Notes under the pieces: model-generated | Seen by the model: only the letters and a program-made list of their open reading frames with translations | What the model was told of the DNA's origin: nothing | Databases searched by the model: none | Made by a program: the position numbers and the translations under genes | In this document: in pieces, positions 34,313 to 51,631 of the stretch | Layout: every line of letters begins with the position of its first letter | Position numbering within the stretch: the first letter of the stretch is position 1 | Source of the DNA: a virus | Length of the DNA: 64,000 nucleotides | Reading direction: 5' to 3' (one strand) | IMG/VR virus record: IMGVR_UViG_3300020200_000015 | Location: 1-64,000 of that record

Positions 34313-35769
34313 CAGCCGTTTTCAAGCGTGAATCCCCAACGCCGGTAGAGTGACTTTCTGGCTTTTGACATTCTCATCAACGCTGGCACGCGAAGATCTT
34401 GATAGTCAACGACCAAGCTTGTCTTGCCCTCAATGGGTCTTCTGATTCTTCCAATGCGTTGCTGAGTCTTAGCCTCGTTCGCAGTTGGAGTCATCAAGTG
34501 AATACAGCTCAGCTGAGGGATGTCCAAGCCTTCATCGGCAACCTTGGTTGCAACGATGGCATCAATCAAACCACACTTGGCGTGATCAACAATCTGCTCG
34601 CGGGTATTCTTCGGAACTTCACCAACTAGAACGTGAGCGTTCATTCCTTTTGCGCGAAGCGCCCTAGCAATCTCATGACAATGACCAACTCTTTCACTGA
34701 GCGCCAGCGGAAAATGCCCGGCCATCCAGTCAGCGTGGATGCCGTCAACAATCATTTGGTTTCGCTCTGAGTCAGTAGTCAATTCAGCGAGGAGTTTAGT
34801 CCACTCGTCAGCCGTGTAGCGAGTGAAGAACTTAGTCTGAATTTCACGGACGACGCACGGCTGTGAGCGACCTTCGGCAGTCAAGTCTGAGTCAGTAACC
34901 TCACTGACAATTGGGCCAATCACGTCATGCATCAAGAACTCAAGCCCGTCTTTTCTGCGTGGCGTAGCCGTCAGTCCGAACCTGTAGCGGGCTGAGCAGA
35001 GGTTGATGATTGACATGAAGGTGTCAGCGGGGCAGTGATGGGCTTCATCAAGGATGACGCAACCGAACTGCGACAGCCACTCCCGCAAACTGCTGGGGTT
35101 GGATTTTACAAGGCTTTGAATCGTGCCTACAACGACGGATCCGGGCTTCTTTTCCCCTCCACCCCACACTCCTATACCCCCCGACAAGAGGCTCTTCTCG
35201 GCCAATTCTCTGCGCCATTGGCCAACCAAGTCATTTGTGTGGACAAGAATCAAAGTCGGCTGGCGAAGCATCGTGATGATTCCAACTCCCATCACGGTCT
35301 TTCCGCCTCCGCATGGCGCTACCAGAACGCCGTGGCCATTCAAGATAAGACGGCCAATAGCTTTCTTCTGATAGTCTTTGAGAGTGATATGTTCAGCCAG
35401 CGACATTCCATTATCGCGTTCATATGAAATGCGCTCGTCGAAAAACACTATCTGTTTGCCGTGACTTTTAGCGAGTTCGATTAGTTGGTTTGTAATCCCC
35501 CTCGGCACAAAGACAGTATCGCCATCTTCTTCAATAGATGAGATAGTGGCAGGTGGCAATTTAGCGTACATCATCTTGTAGGGATTGCGATCCCGCATAC
35601 GCTTCATTTGAAAGTATGCAGGGTTCTCCCTAGTCAAGATTCCGCGTAGCTCTGATAACAAATCAGGCCCAAGCATATTTCGCTTGAGCCTGATCACGTT
35701 ATCAACTACTGCTGGTATCTTTTCAAGCGTCGTCATCAATGTCGCCTGGTCCTGGGTCGTCTTGTTCAT
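34303..35769 (-). CDS. superfamily 2 DEAH helicase (XPB/Rad25-like)
   Basis: LKDYQ, APCGGGKT, ILDEAHH, GLTATP.R.DG, EGLDIP and QRIGRI.R. Confidence 0.95.
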   Translation of the reverse strand: MNKTTQDQATLMTTLEKIPAVVDNVIRLKRNMLGPDLLSELRGILTRENPAYFQMKRMRDRNPYKMMYAKLPPATISSIEEDGDTVFVPRGITNQLIELAKSHGKQIVFFDERISYERDNGMSLAEHITLKDYQKKAIGRLILNGHGVLVAPCGGGKTVMGVGIITMLRQPTLILVHTNDLVGQWRRELAEKSLLSGGIGVWGGGEKKPGSVVVGTIQSLVKSNPSSLREWLSQFGCVILDEAHHCPADTFMSIINLCSARYRFGLTATPRRKDGLEFLMHDVIGPIVSEVTDSDLTAEGRSQPCVVREIQTKFFTRYTADEWTKLLAELTTDSERNQMIVDGIHADWMAGHFPLALSERVGHCHEIARALRAKGMNAHVLVGEVPKNTREQIVDHAKCGLIDAIVATKVADEGLDIPQLSCIHLMTPTANEAKTQQRIGRIRRPIEGKTSLVVDYQDLRVPALMRMSKARKSLYRRWGFTLENGCEL

Positions 35770-36208
35770 TGATCACGATCTGTACTGGTGTACGGCTACG
35801 AAGTGCAGGCTGTTCAACCTGCTGGGTGGGTTTCTTGTTTTCGCTCAGCTTCTTAAGCTTGGTTGGCTCAGGAGCCGCTTTCTGCTCACTATCAACCTGT
35901 TGCCTAGCAGGTTGCGGTTCTGGTTGCTGCTCGACAAGCTGTGGTCCGGCTTGCTCTTTGATGCTGAAGGCTTCTGATTCGGCCTTCTTGATCAAATCAA
36001 GCCATTCAGGATCAGTGTTCAACACCTGCTGCAAGGGCTTACCAGTTTCTTCTTGAAACAGCTCTGCAAGCAACTCCATCGCTCCAATGCATTGGACGCG
36101 GTTAGAATCAAGCTGCTTGAACTTGTTCTGAAGATCTTGATTCTCTTTAGCAAGCCGCAGTTGCTTGATGATGTTTTGGTAGATTTTGTCTCGGTATGCA
36201 CTAGTCAT
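35723..36208 (-). CDS. hypothetical protein (coiled coil plus disordered tail)
   Basis: AGGAG SD upstream of ATG; coding-like composition. Confidence 0.65.
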   Translation of the reverse strand: MTSAYRDKIYQNIIKQLRLAKENQDLQNKFKQLDSNRVQCIGAMELLAELFQEETGKPLQQVLNTDPEWLDLIKKAESEAFSIKEQAGPQLVEQQPEPQPARQQVDSEQKAAPEPTKLKKLSENKKPTQQVEQPALRSRTPVQIVINEQDDPGPGDIDDDA

Positions 36209-36243
36209 GGCAATCCATACTCCTTTAGCAGATCAATCAGCAA

Positions 36244-37151
36244 TCAAGCAGTACGAATCTTCATCAATGTAAGATGAAAAAGTGTGAGCATCTGCCTAGC
36301 GTCATCAGCATCAGATGTGACTTTCAAAGCAACTGTTTTCGAACCAGTCTGATTAGACGAATCAATATTGTATGACCAAGCTGGGTCATATGCGGTAGCA
36401 GTAGCATTGGCTACAGTAGGTTGAATTCCATCTACCATCAGCGCTCCACCAATTTTGGCGGCACCTGCGACTGAGACAGATCCTTGCACGCGCGAAATTG
36501 CCAGATTGCTAGTATCAGACGTTATCAACGTAGGATGAGTAACGTCGATGGTGAAAGTTCCAACTTCGAACGTGTAAGTATATGTGCGATCATTTCCTGA
36601 ATCGTTTGTGATTCCTACAACAGCATCGACGGTGATTCTATCGCCATTAGAAATGTTGACAGTAACGCCACCGACTTGCAATGCAGTCGTGCTGAGTTCA
36701 TCAATCTCTTCTGCTGGATGAGATGAAAGACTGTAGAGTAGTGTGCCAGAGATAGATGTATTGAGTTGGTTGAGCGTTACAGCATCGCTCATCGCAGTCG
36801 CTTGGGCAAGCGACGTAATTCTAATTGAGTTAGCATTGATTGAACCACTCAATACCGCATTAGAGATGAGTGGAGCAACATAGTGACCGCTCACTACTCG
36901 TGTACTATGCGACTGCAAGATAAGATTGCCTGAGTTAACGCGGGTATCCGCGTACAGGTCAATCATCGCATTTGAAATCTTGAATACTTCTGAGCCGCTT
37001 GACGTTGTAACTTCGACAATAGGGGATGTTTGCCCGGCGCTGAACCCAATTGCTCTGATTGACGGCTTATCAGAACTCGGTCTAGCGTGAAGTGTGCCGC
37101 TCAAAAGCTCAGACACGCCACCAAGATTGATATCGTCGAAGATGTTAATCA

Positions 37152-37155
<4 letters not shown>
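36244..37155 (-). CDS. minor tail or fibre-associated structural protein
   Basis: Last gene of the tail module; beta-rich, with the ITSLA.AT..SDAVT..QL fibre motif. Confidence 0.65.
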
Positions 37156-43678
<6,523 letters not shown>

Positions 43679-43679
<1 letters not shown>

Positions 43680-45925
43680 TAGCTGCCCAACTTCTCAGTT
43701 GCTTCGTATTCGACGCTATGACGGTTGACGAGGTTGCGCTGCTCTCTCGAATCCCTCACAACAATGCTCTTATTGATCCCCGCCCATCCAGTCGGATCGA
43801 CGTCATCAGCGCCAAAGTCGCTCGGTTGGTAAGTGCTAGCGTCCTTGAACTTCTTCTCATAGCTGACAGAAGCTTTTCCAGGGTTGGTGCCGATACGCTT
43901 AAATACAGTACCGAAACCCACAACTTGAAGCTGAGTAAATTTAGGAGATTCCTCAATGATTTCGATCGATTTTGTCTCGATCGCATCAGGCTCTGTGCCG
44001 CTACCGCCACCCGACAAGTCGAACACAGCCGTAGCACCCAGTGAAACAACCTGCTTCCAGTAGCGCGAGCCTTTGACACCGTTCCCATTGGCCAAGTCCT
44101 CAGGGGCAATAGCCGGTTGCCATTCACCAACGCCAATGTTGCTGAGGAAGTACCTCACCTCAGAGTTCGTAGGCAGAATCTCGCCTTGTACGATCGTGTT
44201 CGGTACAGGGTTTGTGAGCGATTGCGTGCTCAGATCGGCAGAAAGAAGGGCATCAATCTTATCAATCAGATTGATGATTTTGTTTGGTAGCATCGGCTTA
44301 CCGGCCTGGTCAGGCGCAAACACTTCGCCAGAAATTGAGAGCGAAATGCTTGTGACTGTAAATTTCATCTGCTGATAGTTAAACTTGTTAGAAATTGACT
44401 TCGAGTAGTTGGTGATATTCTCAAGCTGCAAGCCTTCAGCCGCGTAGACTGTATTTTCAGCGCCAGCCTTATCCATCTTGAAGAGGGAGGCGATGAAATA
44501 GTTGGCTTGCGATGAGCTTTCGAGCTGCGTCGCACTCACGCTCACGCTGTACATCGTAGATGTAACGCCAGCGACGTTCACCTTATCAACGCTCGAGACG
44601 TTGACTGAGTTAACGTACAAGTTCTCATAAGGCGCTTCGTAGTTGATCGAAGTGCCAACCAAGCCTTTCAGCGTGTTGAGGGCCGATGTGCCTCTAATAG
44701 AACCACTGATATTGATCGATCTTGAGACAATGCTTCCAAAGTTATTGATCTGTGCATTAAACGTGATGGTAGGAATGCGGTACCACGCCACGCCAAACCG
44801 CGTCACTAGAGCCTCATAGCTCTGGTCTTCAATGGTTTTCTTCCAGTTGAACTGGAGATTGATTGTTGCGCTGTACCGCTTGGTCGTATTAGCGAAATTG
44901 CCATCACGAGTAAACTTGCTGATGCTGATATCGGTCAAATCAAGGCTATTGCCGCTGGTGCTGGTGTAGATGTATGTTGAGGTCGGGAAGGGGTTGAACG
45001 TCGCACGGAATGCCTCATAGTCCACATAGTTTGCGAAGAACTTCTTGCCGCTGACTTGCAGCGACTCGCTCAGATTGGTGGGGTTGTTAGCAGCCAACTT
45101 GTCATACTCGACGCTGCTATCGACATTCTCAACCAGATCGAGCGCGATGTTACCAAATGTCGCTGGCGTTTCGCCGAGCGTGTACGGCTCCTTGGTGTAG
45201 TCGTCGTAGGTCTGGAACTCGATCGAATACTTTCTTGCCGCGCTCTGCCCGCGCAATGTAGGTGCAGAGAAATCAATGCTACGCGGACGAACAATGATAG
45301 TTGACGAGTAGTCGCCGCTATCTGATGAAAGTGTCAGGATAAGCGACTGCTTATCGCCAACCTCATCAAGCAACTGCTTTTGAAGTTTGTTGATTTCATC
45401 ACGCGACGAGTGAACGATAGTGCCTTCGATCTTGATCGTCTGCGCACGGATAGTGTTGATGCTTTCATCATCACCCTGCGACTTGATCGACTGCGTTACG
45501 GTCGGATGTTCGAATCCAGATGTTGACGCGAGGATTAGATCACCGATTTTGACCGGGTAGTGCGCGTGGATATTCAGTTCTTGCGTCGTGAACTTGATTG
45601 TGAACAGGCAAATCGGGTTGCCATTGAATTCAGCAAACGTAATGCTCTTGAATCTGACGTCAACAAAGTCGTCAGCACCAGTGTACTTCAGCTTACCGCT
45701 ACCAACGGTGAGCAGGTTCGTTTCAAGTTGCTGCTGAGCTTCAACGTTCTTGTCGATGAAGCCCTTATGCACAAACCCCTTGATAGTGATTGTGCGCTGC
45801 CGCTGCCCAACGCGACTCATCTTGTTGACGATGATATCATCTGAGGACTCTGAGTCCCACTCAACCGACTTAACATACTTCAGGTCGAGCGAGTCATCGT
45901 CATTGTAGAAAGTTACATTCATCAT
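43679..45925 (-). CDS. distal-tail (Dit)-like protein built of ~120-aa tandem repeats
   Basis: Directly after the TMP; repeated (T/S)I.I.G motif at aa ~50, 168, 293, 408 and 533. Confidence 0.65.
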
Positions 45926-48900
45926 CGACGTCTGAGCCTCACTTCCAACTCCCTGATCGTCGCGTTCACTCTGTCGTTCAGAGCCGTTGTCGCAGCCTGA
46001 ACAATCTTACGGATATCAAACTCTTGGAGTGAAGAAGCAGCGCCAGTGCCGGTACCACTCTGCTGAATTTGAATGTTGATGTTTTGCGGCTGCGCGTTGA
46101 TATTGACATCGATATTCTTCTCAATGACTTGCTGCTGACCATCTCCAACATTAGTTTTAGCTTGCTTGATGTTATCAATCAAGTCTTTTATGCCAGAGCT
46201 GATTGTAGCATTGAACTCCTTCGCAGTCGGCACGAGGCTGCGAACTACCGCTGCAAGATTCGTAGCGGCTGTACTGAGGCTATTTTGCAAAGCCTGCCCG
46301 GCGTCTACTATCTGCGTAGCTATAGCGGCACCTGTGGCGCTAAGAGCCTGGCTGACACCGGTAGTCGCCTGCGTTATGTTCGTGGCTACAGAAGCAGATG
46401 ATGCGGCCAGGTTAGCACCTGTCTGCGTACCTGCATTTGTGAGCTGAGTCGCCGCAGTAGTGTTCATCTCTCTGATCGCTGTCATAACAACGTTGAGCAT
46501 CTCTCTGAGAGCGCTAACTTCGTTGTCATCGACAATGCTAGCACTTGTAGCTACTTTCAGCTGTCCACTGAGTGCTTGAGCCAAACTCGACCAGTTATCA
46601 GCTACTGACCCTGTCCCGCCATTTCTTATGGCGGCTAACATATTGTTGGTGCTCTCACTAAGCCGTGAGCTGCCGATGTCGAATACCTCAGCCCACCTAT
46701 CGGCTACGCTCGTCAGTGCTATTTCAGCCTGCTGCGCGGCAGTAAGGAATTTATCGGCTGGCGTTTCGGTATTTTGCTCACGCGCCTGGCTCATTAACAT
46801 CTGCAATACATTTTCAATCGGGCCGATAGCAGCGCTAGCACCCTCACCATGAGCGCTGATAAGAAGCCTGCGAAGCTGCTCGATTTGATCTTGCAACTGT
46901 GCACTATTAACAATCGGCTGCGAAATTATCTTCTGCATCTCAATCAAAGCCGCAGATGATTCGGCAGTTGCCGTTATTATTTTGACGCTAGCTTCATCAT
47001 AGATATCAAACAAGCTCTTCCGAAGTTCATCAGTGCCACTTCTTAATGATCCGCCAAGCAGATTTGAGATCGTTGGTGATGCTGTTCTCATTATTTTTTC
47101 AAGAGAAGAAATAAGGCTGCCGTCATCGAGCATTAGGCTCAGTCTGAAATCTCTCCCAACACCCATTAGAAACTCTTCCATCTTAAATTGAAGAGCTGCT
47201 AACTCTTCAGTAAATTGTGCAGATATTGCCTTTGAAAGAGATCCAGATAATCCTTCTACAAGTTGCTTCCTTATTCCATCTGCTACGCCCTTAACTGTTG
47301 TGCCGGGCTTAAATCCAACCGTGAAGGCATCTGATACAGAAGATTTGAGAGCTTCAGATAGATTCTTAAATACTTCATTTTCTACAGCGCTAAACTGCTT
47401 GATAATTTGATTAAATCTATTTGAAGCGACAATAACTGAAGATTCATTAAGCTCAACCTTCATGCCAACAACTTTTTCACCACTTTGTTCGAGCCAAATC
47501 TCGAGATCCTTAATCGCATCAGCAGCCTGGCCTTTATCGAATCCAGGTACTTGCTTGAATTTTTCAAGGGCTTTTTTACTCGATTCAATCTGCCCTTCAA
47601 GATCTTGCAGAGTCTTAATTTGTTCCTGCAACTTCGCTTCAGCTTTAGGTAAAGCTTCAGCGTAGTTAAACGCACCGACTTCAGCACCTTTGAATAAAGT
47701 TTTAATAGCATTACCAGCAGTTCTGAATCTGCTGAAGCTAATCTCTATACCCCTATTTCTTGCAATCAACTCATCCGCCTTCGTGACGACTTCCTGGAAA
47801 GCCGGCTGAAGATCTTGCAGCGCACGCTGCCCAACGTCGCGATTACGAAAGAATAAAGGGCCGCGTTCGACGTGATACTGAAGGTCAGCATCAGGCCGAC
47901 CAATGAATTCCTTGAATTCTAGGGATTCAGCGCTTAAATCACTAACCTGTTTACGTAGGTCGGTAAACCTTTCGCCTAATTCACGAACACTCGTATTCTG
48001 GGATTCAGTGAAGTTACTTGCTTGTTTATCAAGAGCCTCAAATACAGCAGTTAACTCTTTCTCATTTAATTCTCTCTTCATAAGTTTAGTCTGGGCATTC
48101 ATTAGAATATGCAATGCTTCAGCAGCTTCATTACTGCCATTAGCCATGCTAACCAGAGCTAATTGGTTAGCATCAGCGGCAATTCTAGCCATGTACGCAG
48201 CTTTGCCAAAATCATTCAGAGCAGCGTATACTGGATTGATCGATGTGTAAAGTTTATCAAAGCCGTTATAAAGATCAACTATTCCGCCACGACCGCTGAA
48301 TTCTTCTACTTGTCTTAGAAGTGCTATAACGGGATTATTTTCAGCTTGCTGTGCACTAGCTTGCCTATTCAAGGCATCAAATGCTTTTATATTCCTGTCG
48401 CCAAGCATTAGATTCGAAGCCGCCCTCGACACAGGCAAATCGCCTAGCGGCGCTGTATCGACGGTTACTTTTACATTCAGTTTATTCTGAGTTATTTTCG
48501 CAAGTCTACCAAGCTCATTAGCATACTTAGCAGTTAGCGCAATGGCGTCAGAAGTTTCACGCTGGTTTTCAACAAACCTATTATTGAGAACCTTGCCGCC
48601 TTCTTGAACCTCTTTGCTTGAAGAGAACAATGCATCATACGCTGCTATGAGACCCCAGATAACTAATATAAGACCAGCAGCGCCGATAAGGATCGCTACC
48701 CATATAGGGAACGTAACTGCCTGAAATCCCAGAGCCGCTGCCGTTGCGGCAATAAAAGCATTTCCGACTGCTGCCAATACACCGACTAAACCAGATAGCA
48801 TAAGCTTCCAACCGGCTACTACATAGGATAATTGAGTGCCGAGCCAGGCTCTTTGGGCAACTGTCAAGGCGTAAAAAGCCTGTTTTAATCCCGCGACAGC

Positions 48901-50958
48901 AAACGCAACGGTAATGACGCTCATCGTGAACGCGGCAAGTACCATGCCCATTCTTTCGCCTAATGAAAGCGAATCATCAGTAACCTTACCCCATATATCA
49001 ACTGCCCTACTCGCCGTATAGAATGCAGCAGTCAATAACCCCAAACCAACTATCATTGGACCCCAATTAACCAGCAACATATTTGCACGAAGCATAATGA
49101 AGAATCTTTTAGCATTGCTAGTTATGTTCGCCCACCATGTGGCAACAGCAAGATTCTTATGTGCTAAGACAAGTTGATTGAACGCAGCAGCGACTAGCGC
49201 TATTGCTAACGTAGCTTTTGCGGCTGCAATGGCTAGATTCCAGAACATATCACCAGCAGTTGCGCCTTCTGCAAACGCAGTGTTGAGCGATTCACCGGCG
49301 CTCGCAGCTAAGTAGATCGCTGATGCAGCGTAGGATATTGCAAAGAGCGATCTCGCTAATAGGACAGCTGATGTATTAGTTGTCCAGAGAACTGATGTCA
49401 GTGCATTGAATACGGTTACCAGCGAGTTAATATAGCCAGAAACCATTCTAAATCCTACGAATGCCAACAAGGCACCAGTAGCGACAGAAGTGATACCTAG
49501 AACTATTGCTATAAGCCGTTGACCGAGCGTAGCATTTTCATCGAAAACAGAAGCTAACGATTTGAGTCCTGATACGACTAAAGCTAGTGCGGCAGCTATC
49601 GCTAGCAGCGATACTCCAATCGAAGCAAATACCATGACGCCTCGCAGCACCATGATAGCATATCTAGCAGCAACACTTGTTGCTGCTAATTGCGCAAGCG
49701 CATTGCTAGTTTGAGTGACAACAAGCCCATATGTTATGACTACAGCGCTTACTGCGAGCGTAGCTCCCACTAACCCAATGATCGCTGCAATTGATTTCGA
49801 GTTAGCAGCAGCAAACTCGTACATGCTAATAGCAGCCGACTTCAATGTCGGCATCACTGATTTGATTGCATCATTCACATTTTGACCTATAACCGCTGAA
49901 GTATTGGCCAGTACGTTGCCAAGCTGCTTGAATTGTGAGCTTGTCGTGCTCTCGATTATCTTAGCTAACTTATCAGTCGTCCCAATAGCTGCATCGGACT
50001 CAGCTACGAACTCACGCACGCCAGCTTTCATCTGAATAAGTGTATTGATTGCGCGACCAGCTCGAATATCGAAAACTTCAATAAACTTACTCTGCCTTTC
50101 AATTGAAGTCATGCCGGCAGTTGCACGTTCAACTTCATCTAAGAAAGTAGCAAAGTCAGTTAGATTTCCTGAAACATCTGTGAATGCGGTGGGATCGAGA
50201 CCTAACTTATCGATTGCATTTTCAATCTTATTGAATGCGTTCGAGATAGCCGTACCGGCCAGAGTGCCACGGAAGCCAGCCGTATTCAATGCACCAGCGA
50301 AACCGAATACTTCAGCTATCGGCAGACCGAGCGTTGTTGCTGGGCCAACTAAGAACTTCAGTGAATCGTTAAGGTTATTTAGATCGAGCTGATACTTCTG
50401 AACTGCTGCGGATGCAATATCGGTGATTTTTGCAACCTTCTCTGTCGGCGAGAGGAAGTTTAATTCTTGCGTTTTACCGAATGTATTTAAGAAGCTTCCA
50501 AGAAGCTCGGCGGCAACGGTAAACTCGCCCATTGTCGCAATGGCAAGTTTGTATGAACCTTGAACTGCATCAATTTGTTCTTTGACTGGGACGCCAGCCG
50601 TCGCAAGTCTGAACTGTGCCCTAATTATTGTTTCAACATCAGCGCTATAGTCTTGAGAAAATTTTATAGCAGCAGCTTTAGCATTTCCTAAAGCAGTCTC
50701 AATGCTGCTAGTTATAGTCTCTGTTGCAGTCGCAAGTCGCGCTATAGAATCTTCGACTCGAGATGCCGACACTGCCATGGCTCCGAGCGCTGCATTTGCA
50801 GCAACTCCGATAGCTAGGAGGGATGCGTTAGCAGCCCTAGCTTCTAAGCTTAGGGTAGACGCACTACCAGCTAGTCTAACCGTAGCATCAGATATCCTAC
50901 GCAGGGGAGTTGCAGCATACTCAGCAACTCTGAACGCAACGAGGAAGTTAACTGCCAT
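45922..50958 (-). CDS. tape measure protein
   Basis: 1678 aa, Ala-rich helical; TP901-type core (LATAG, G..GTLAGTA, F..RAG.A); hydrophobic central segments; follows the chaperones. Confidence 0.95.
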   Translation of the reverse strand: MAVNFLVAFRVAEYAATPLRRISDATVRLAGSASTLSLEARAANASLLAIGVAANAALGAMAVSASRVEDSIARLATATETITSSIETALGNAKAAAIKFSQDYSADVETIIRAQFRLATAGVPVKEQIDAVQGSYKLAIATMGEFTVAAELLGSFLNTFGKTQELNFLSPTEKVAKITDIASAAVQKYQLDLNNLNDSLKFLVGPATTLGLPIAEVFGFAGALNTAGFRGTLAGTAISNAFNKIENAIDKLGLDPTAFTDVSGNLTDFATFLDEVERATAGMTSIERQSKFIEVFDIRAGRAINTLIQMKAGVREFVAESDAAIGTTDKLAKIIESTTSSQFKQLGNVLANTSAVIGQNVNDAIKSVMPTLKSAAISMYEFAAANSKSIAAIIGLVGATLAVSAVVITYGLVVTQTSNALAQLAATSVAARYAIMVLRGVMVFASIGVSLLAIAAALALVVSGLKSLASVFDENATLGQRLIAIVLGITSVATGALLAFVGFRMVSGYINSLVTVFNALTSVLWTTNTSAVLLARSLFAISYAASAIYLAASAGESLNTAFAEGATAGDMFWNLAIAAAKATLAIALVAAAFNQLVLAHKNLAVATWWANITSNAKRFFIMLRANMLLVNWGPMIVGLGLLTAAFYTASRAVDIWGKVTDDSLSLGERMGMVLAAFTMSVITVAFAVAGLKQAFYALTVAQRAWLGTQLSYVVAGWKLMLSGLVGVLAAVGNAFIAATAAALGFQAVTFPIWVAILIGAAGLILVIWGLIAAYDALFSSSKEVQEGGKVLNNRFVENQRETSDAIALTAKYANELGRLAKITQNKLNVKVTVDTAPLGDLPVSRAASNLMLGDRNIKAFDALNRQASAQQAENNPVIALLRQVEEFSGRGGIVDLYNGFDKLYTSINPVYAALNDFGKAAYMARIAADANQLALVSMANGSNEAAEALHILMNAQTKLMKRELNEKELTAVFEALDKQASNFTESQNTSVRELGERFTDLRKQVSDLSAESLEFKEFIGRPDADLQYHVERGPLFFRNRDVGQRALQDLQPAFQEVVTKADELIARNRGIEISFSRFRTAGNAIKTLFKGAEVGAFNYAEALPKAEAKLQEQIKTLQDLEGQIESSKKALEKFKQVPGFDKGQAADAIKDLEIWLEQSGEKVVGMKVELNESSVIVASNRFNQIIKQFSAVENEVFKNLSEALKSSVSDAFTVGFKPGTTVKGVADGIRKQLVEGLSGSLSKAISAQFTEELAALQFKMEEFLMGVGRDFRLSLMLDDGSLISSLEKIMRTASPTISNLLGGSLRSGTDELRKSLFDIYDEASVKIITATAESSAALIEMQKIISQPIVNSAQLQDQIEQLRRLLISAHGEGASAAIGPIENVLQMLMSQAREQNTETPADKFLTAAQQAEIALTSVADRWAEVFDIGSSRLSESTNNMLAAIRNGGTGSVADNWSSLAQALSGQLKVATSASIVDDNEVSALREMLNVVMTAIREMNTTAATQLTNAGTQTGANLAASSASVATNITQATTGVSQALSATGAAIATQIVDAGQALQNSLSTAATNLAAVVRSLVPTAKEFNATISSGIKDLIDNIKQAKTNVGDGQQQVIEKNIDVNINAQPQNINIQIQQSGTGTGAASSLQEFDIRKIVQAATTALNDRVNATIRELEVRLRRR

Positions 50959-50960
50959 GG

Positions 50961-50990
50961 GCGGTCTACCCTAGATACAGGGCAGACCGC
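50961..50990 (-). promoter_or_regulatory. 12-bp hairpin covering the translation initiation region of the tape measure gene
   Basis: Minus strand GCGGTCTGCCCT-GTATCT-AGGGTAGACCGC, ending 2 nt before the ATG. Confidence 0.6.
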
Positions 50991-50996
50991 TTCAAG

Positions 50997-51180
50997 TTAC
51001 TTATTCTTCCCCTCTTCCAGCTTGCGTTTCTCTTCTTCTAGCTGGTAGAAGGCGATCCAGAGGTGCAGTTCCTCTGATGGTATATCATCAAGATCAGACA
51101 GCCAGCAGTGTTTGTCTGATGCAAGTTGCATCATGACATACAACTCTGGCTCATTCTTCAGTCTTTTTCTCGCCTCGAAA
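50997..51180 (-). CDS. frameshift extension (gpT-like) of the tail assembly chaperone
   Basis: Overlaps the chaperone 3' end; LASDKHCWLSDL...SEEL..W.AFY.LE is typical of gpGT C-termini. Confidence 0.75.
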
Positions 51181-51552
51181 TTGCGAGTTACCGGCCAGTC
51201 CGCTATCGCGGAGAATTGCCTGCGCGACCGTGCTAACGGCACCAGCAGTCAACTCTTCTTCGAGGATGCTGACATCGTCAGGGCCAAACATCAGGCGGCG
51301 CTTGTCCTTGTCAGTGGGGTCGATCACGCAGTAAATGACCGCAAGAACTTCCATCTTCTCGGCATCGAGGTCAATCTGCGTTTCGCCGCCAGCGCCAGTT
51401 GTGATATTGGAGCACTTCTTACGAATCTCACGACGCTCAACCATCGACATTGGACGATAGAGAACGTCGCCGCCCCATTCAGAAACGAAGACAGTACGTG
51501 GATCGAGACCCTTCTTACTAAAGATCTCGGACTTTGAGATGAGCTTGCCCAT
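51151..51552 (-). CDS. tail assembly chaperone (gpG-like)
   Basis: V.V.EWGGDV..R.MS..ER and ..F...D...L; lies between tube and TMP. Confidence 0.88.
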   Translation of the reverse strand: MGKLISKSEIFSKKGLDPRTVFVSEWGGDVLYRPMSMVERREIRKKCSNITTGAGGETQIDLDAEKMEVLAVIYCVIDPTDKDKRRLMFGPDDVSILEEELTAGAVSTVAQAILRDSGLAGNSQFRGEKKTEE

Positions 51553-51583
51553 TTCGATTTGAATACTGACTATTTAAAACTTG

Positions 51584-51622
51584 AAAACAAAAAATCCCTA
51601 GCGTGGCCAAACGCTAGGGATT
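51584..51622 (-). terminator. rho-independent terminator after the tail tube gene
   Basis: 12-bp stem AATCCCTAGCGT/ACGCTAGGGATT followed by TTTTGTTTT on the minus strand. Confidence 0.85.
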
Positions 51623-51631
51623 CTTCACTTC

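Noticed and set aside
34102-34353. Plus-strand Pro-rich 83-aa ORF
   Set aside because: It is a by-product of the C-tracts and runs opposite to all other genes.
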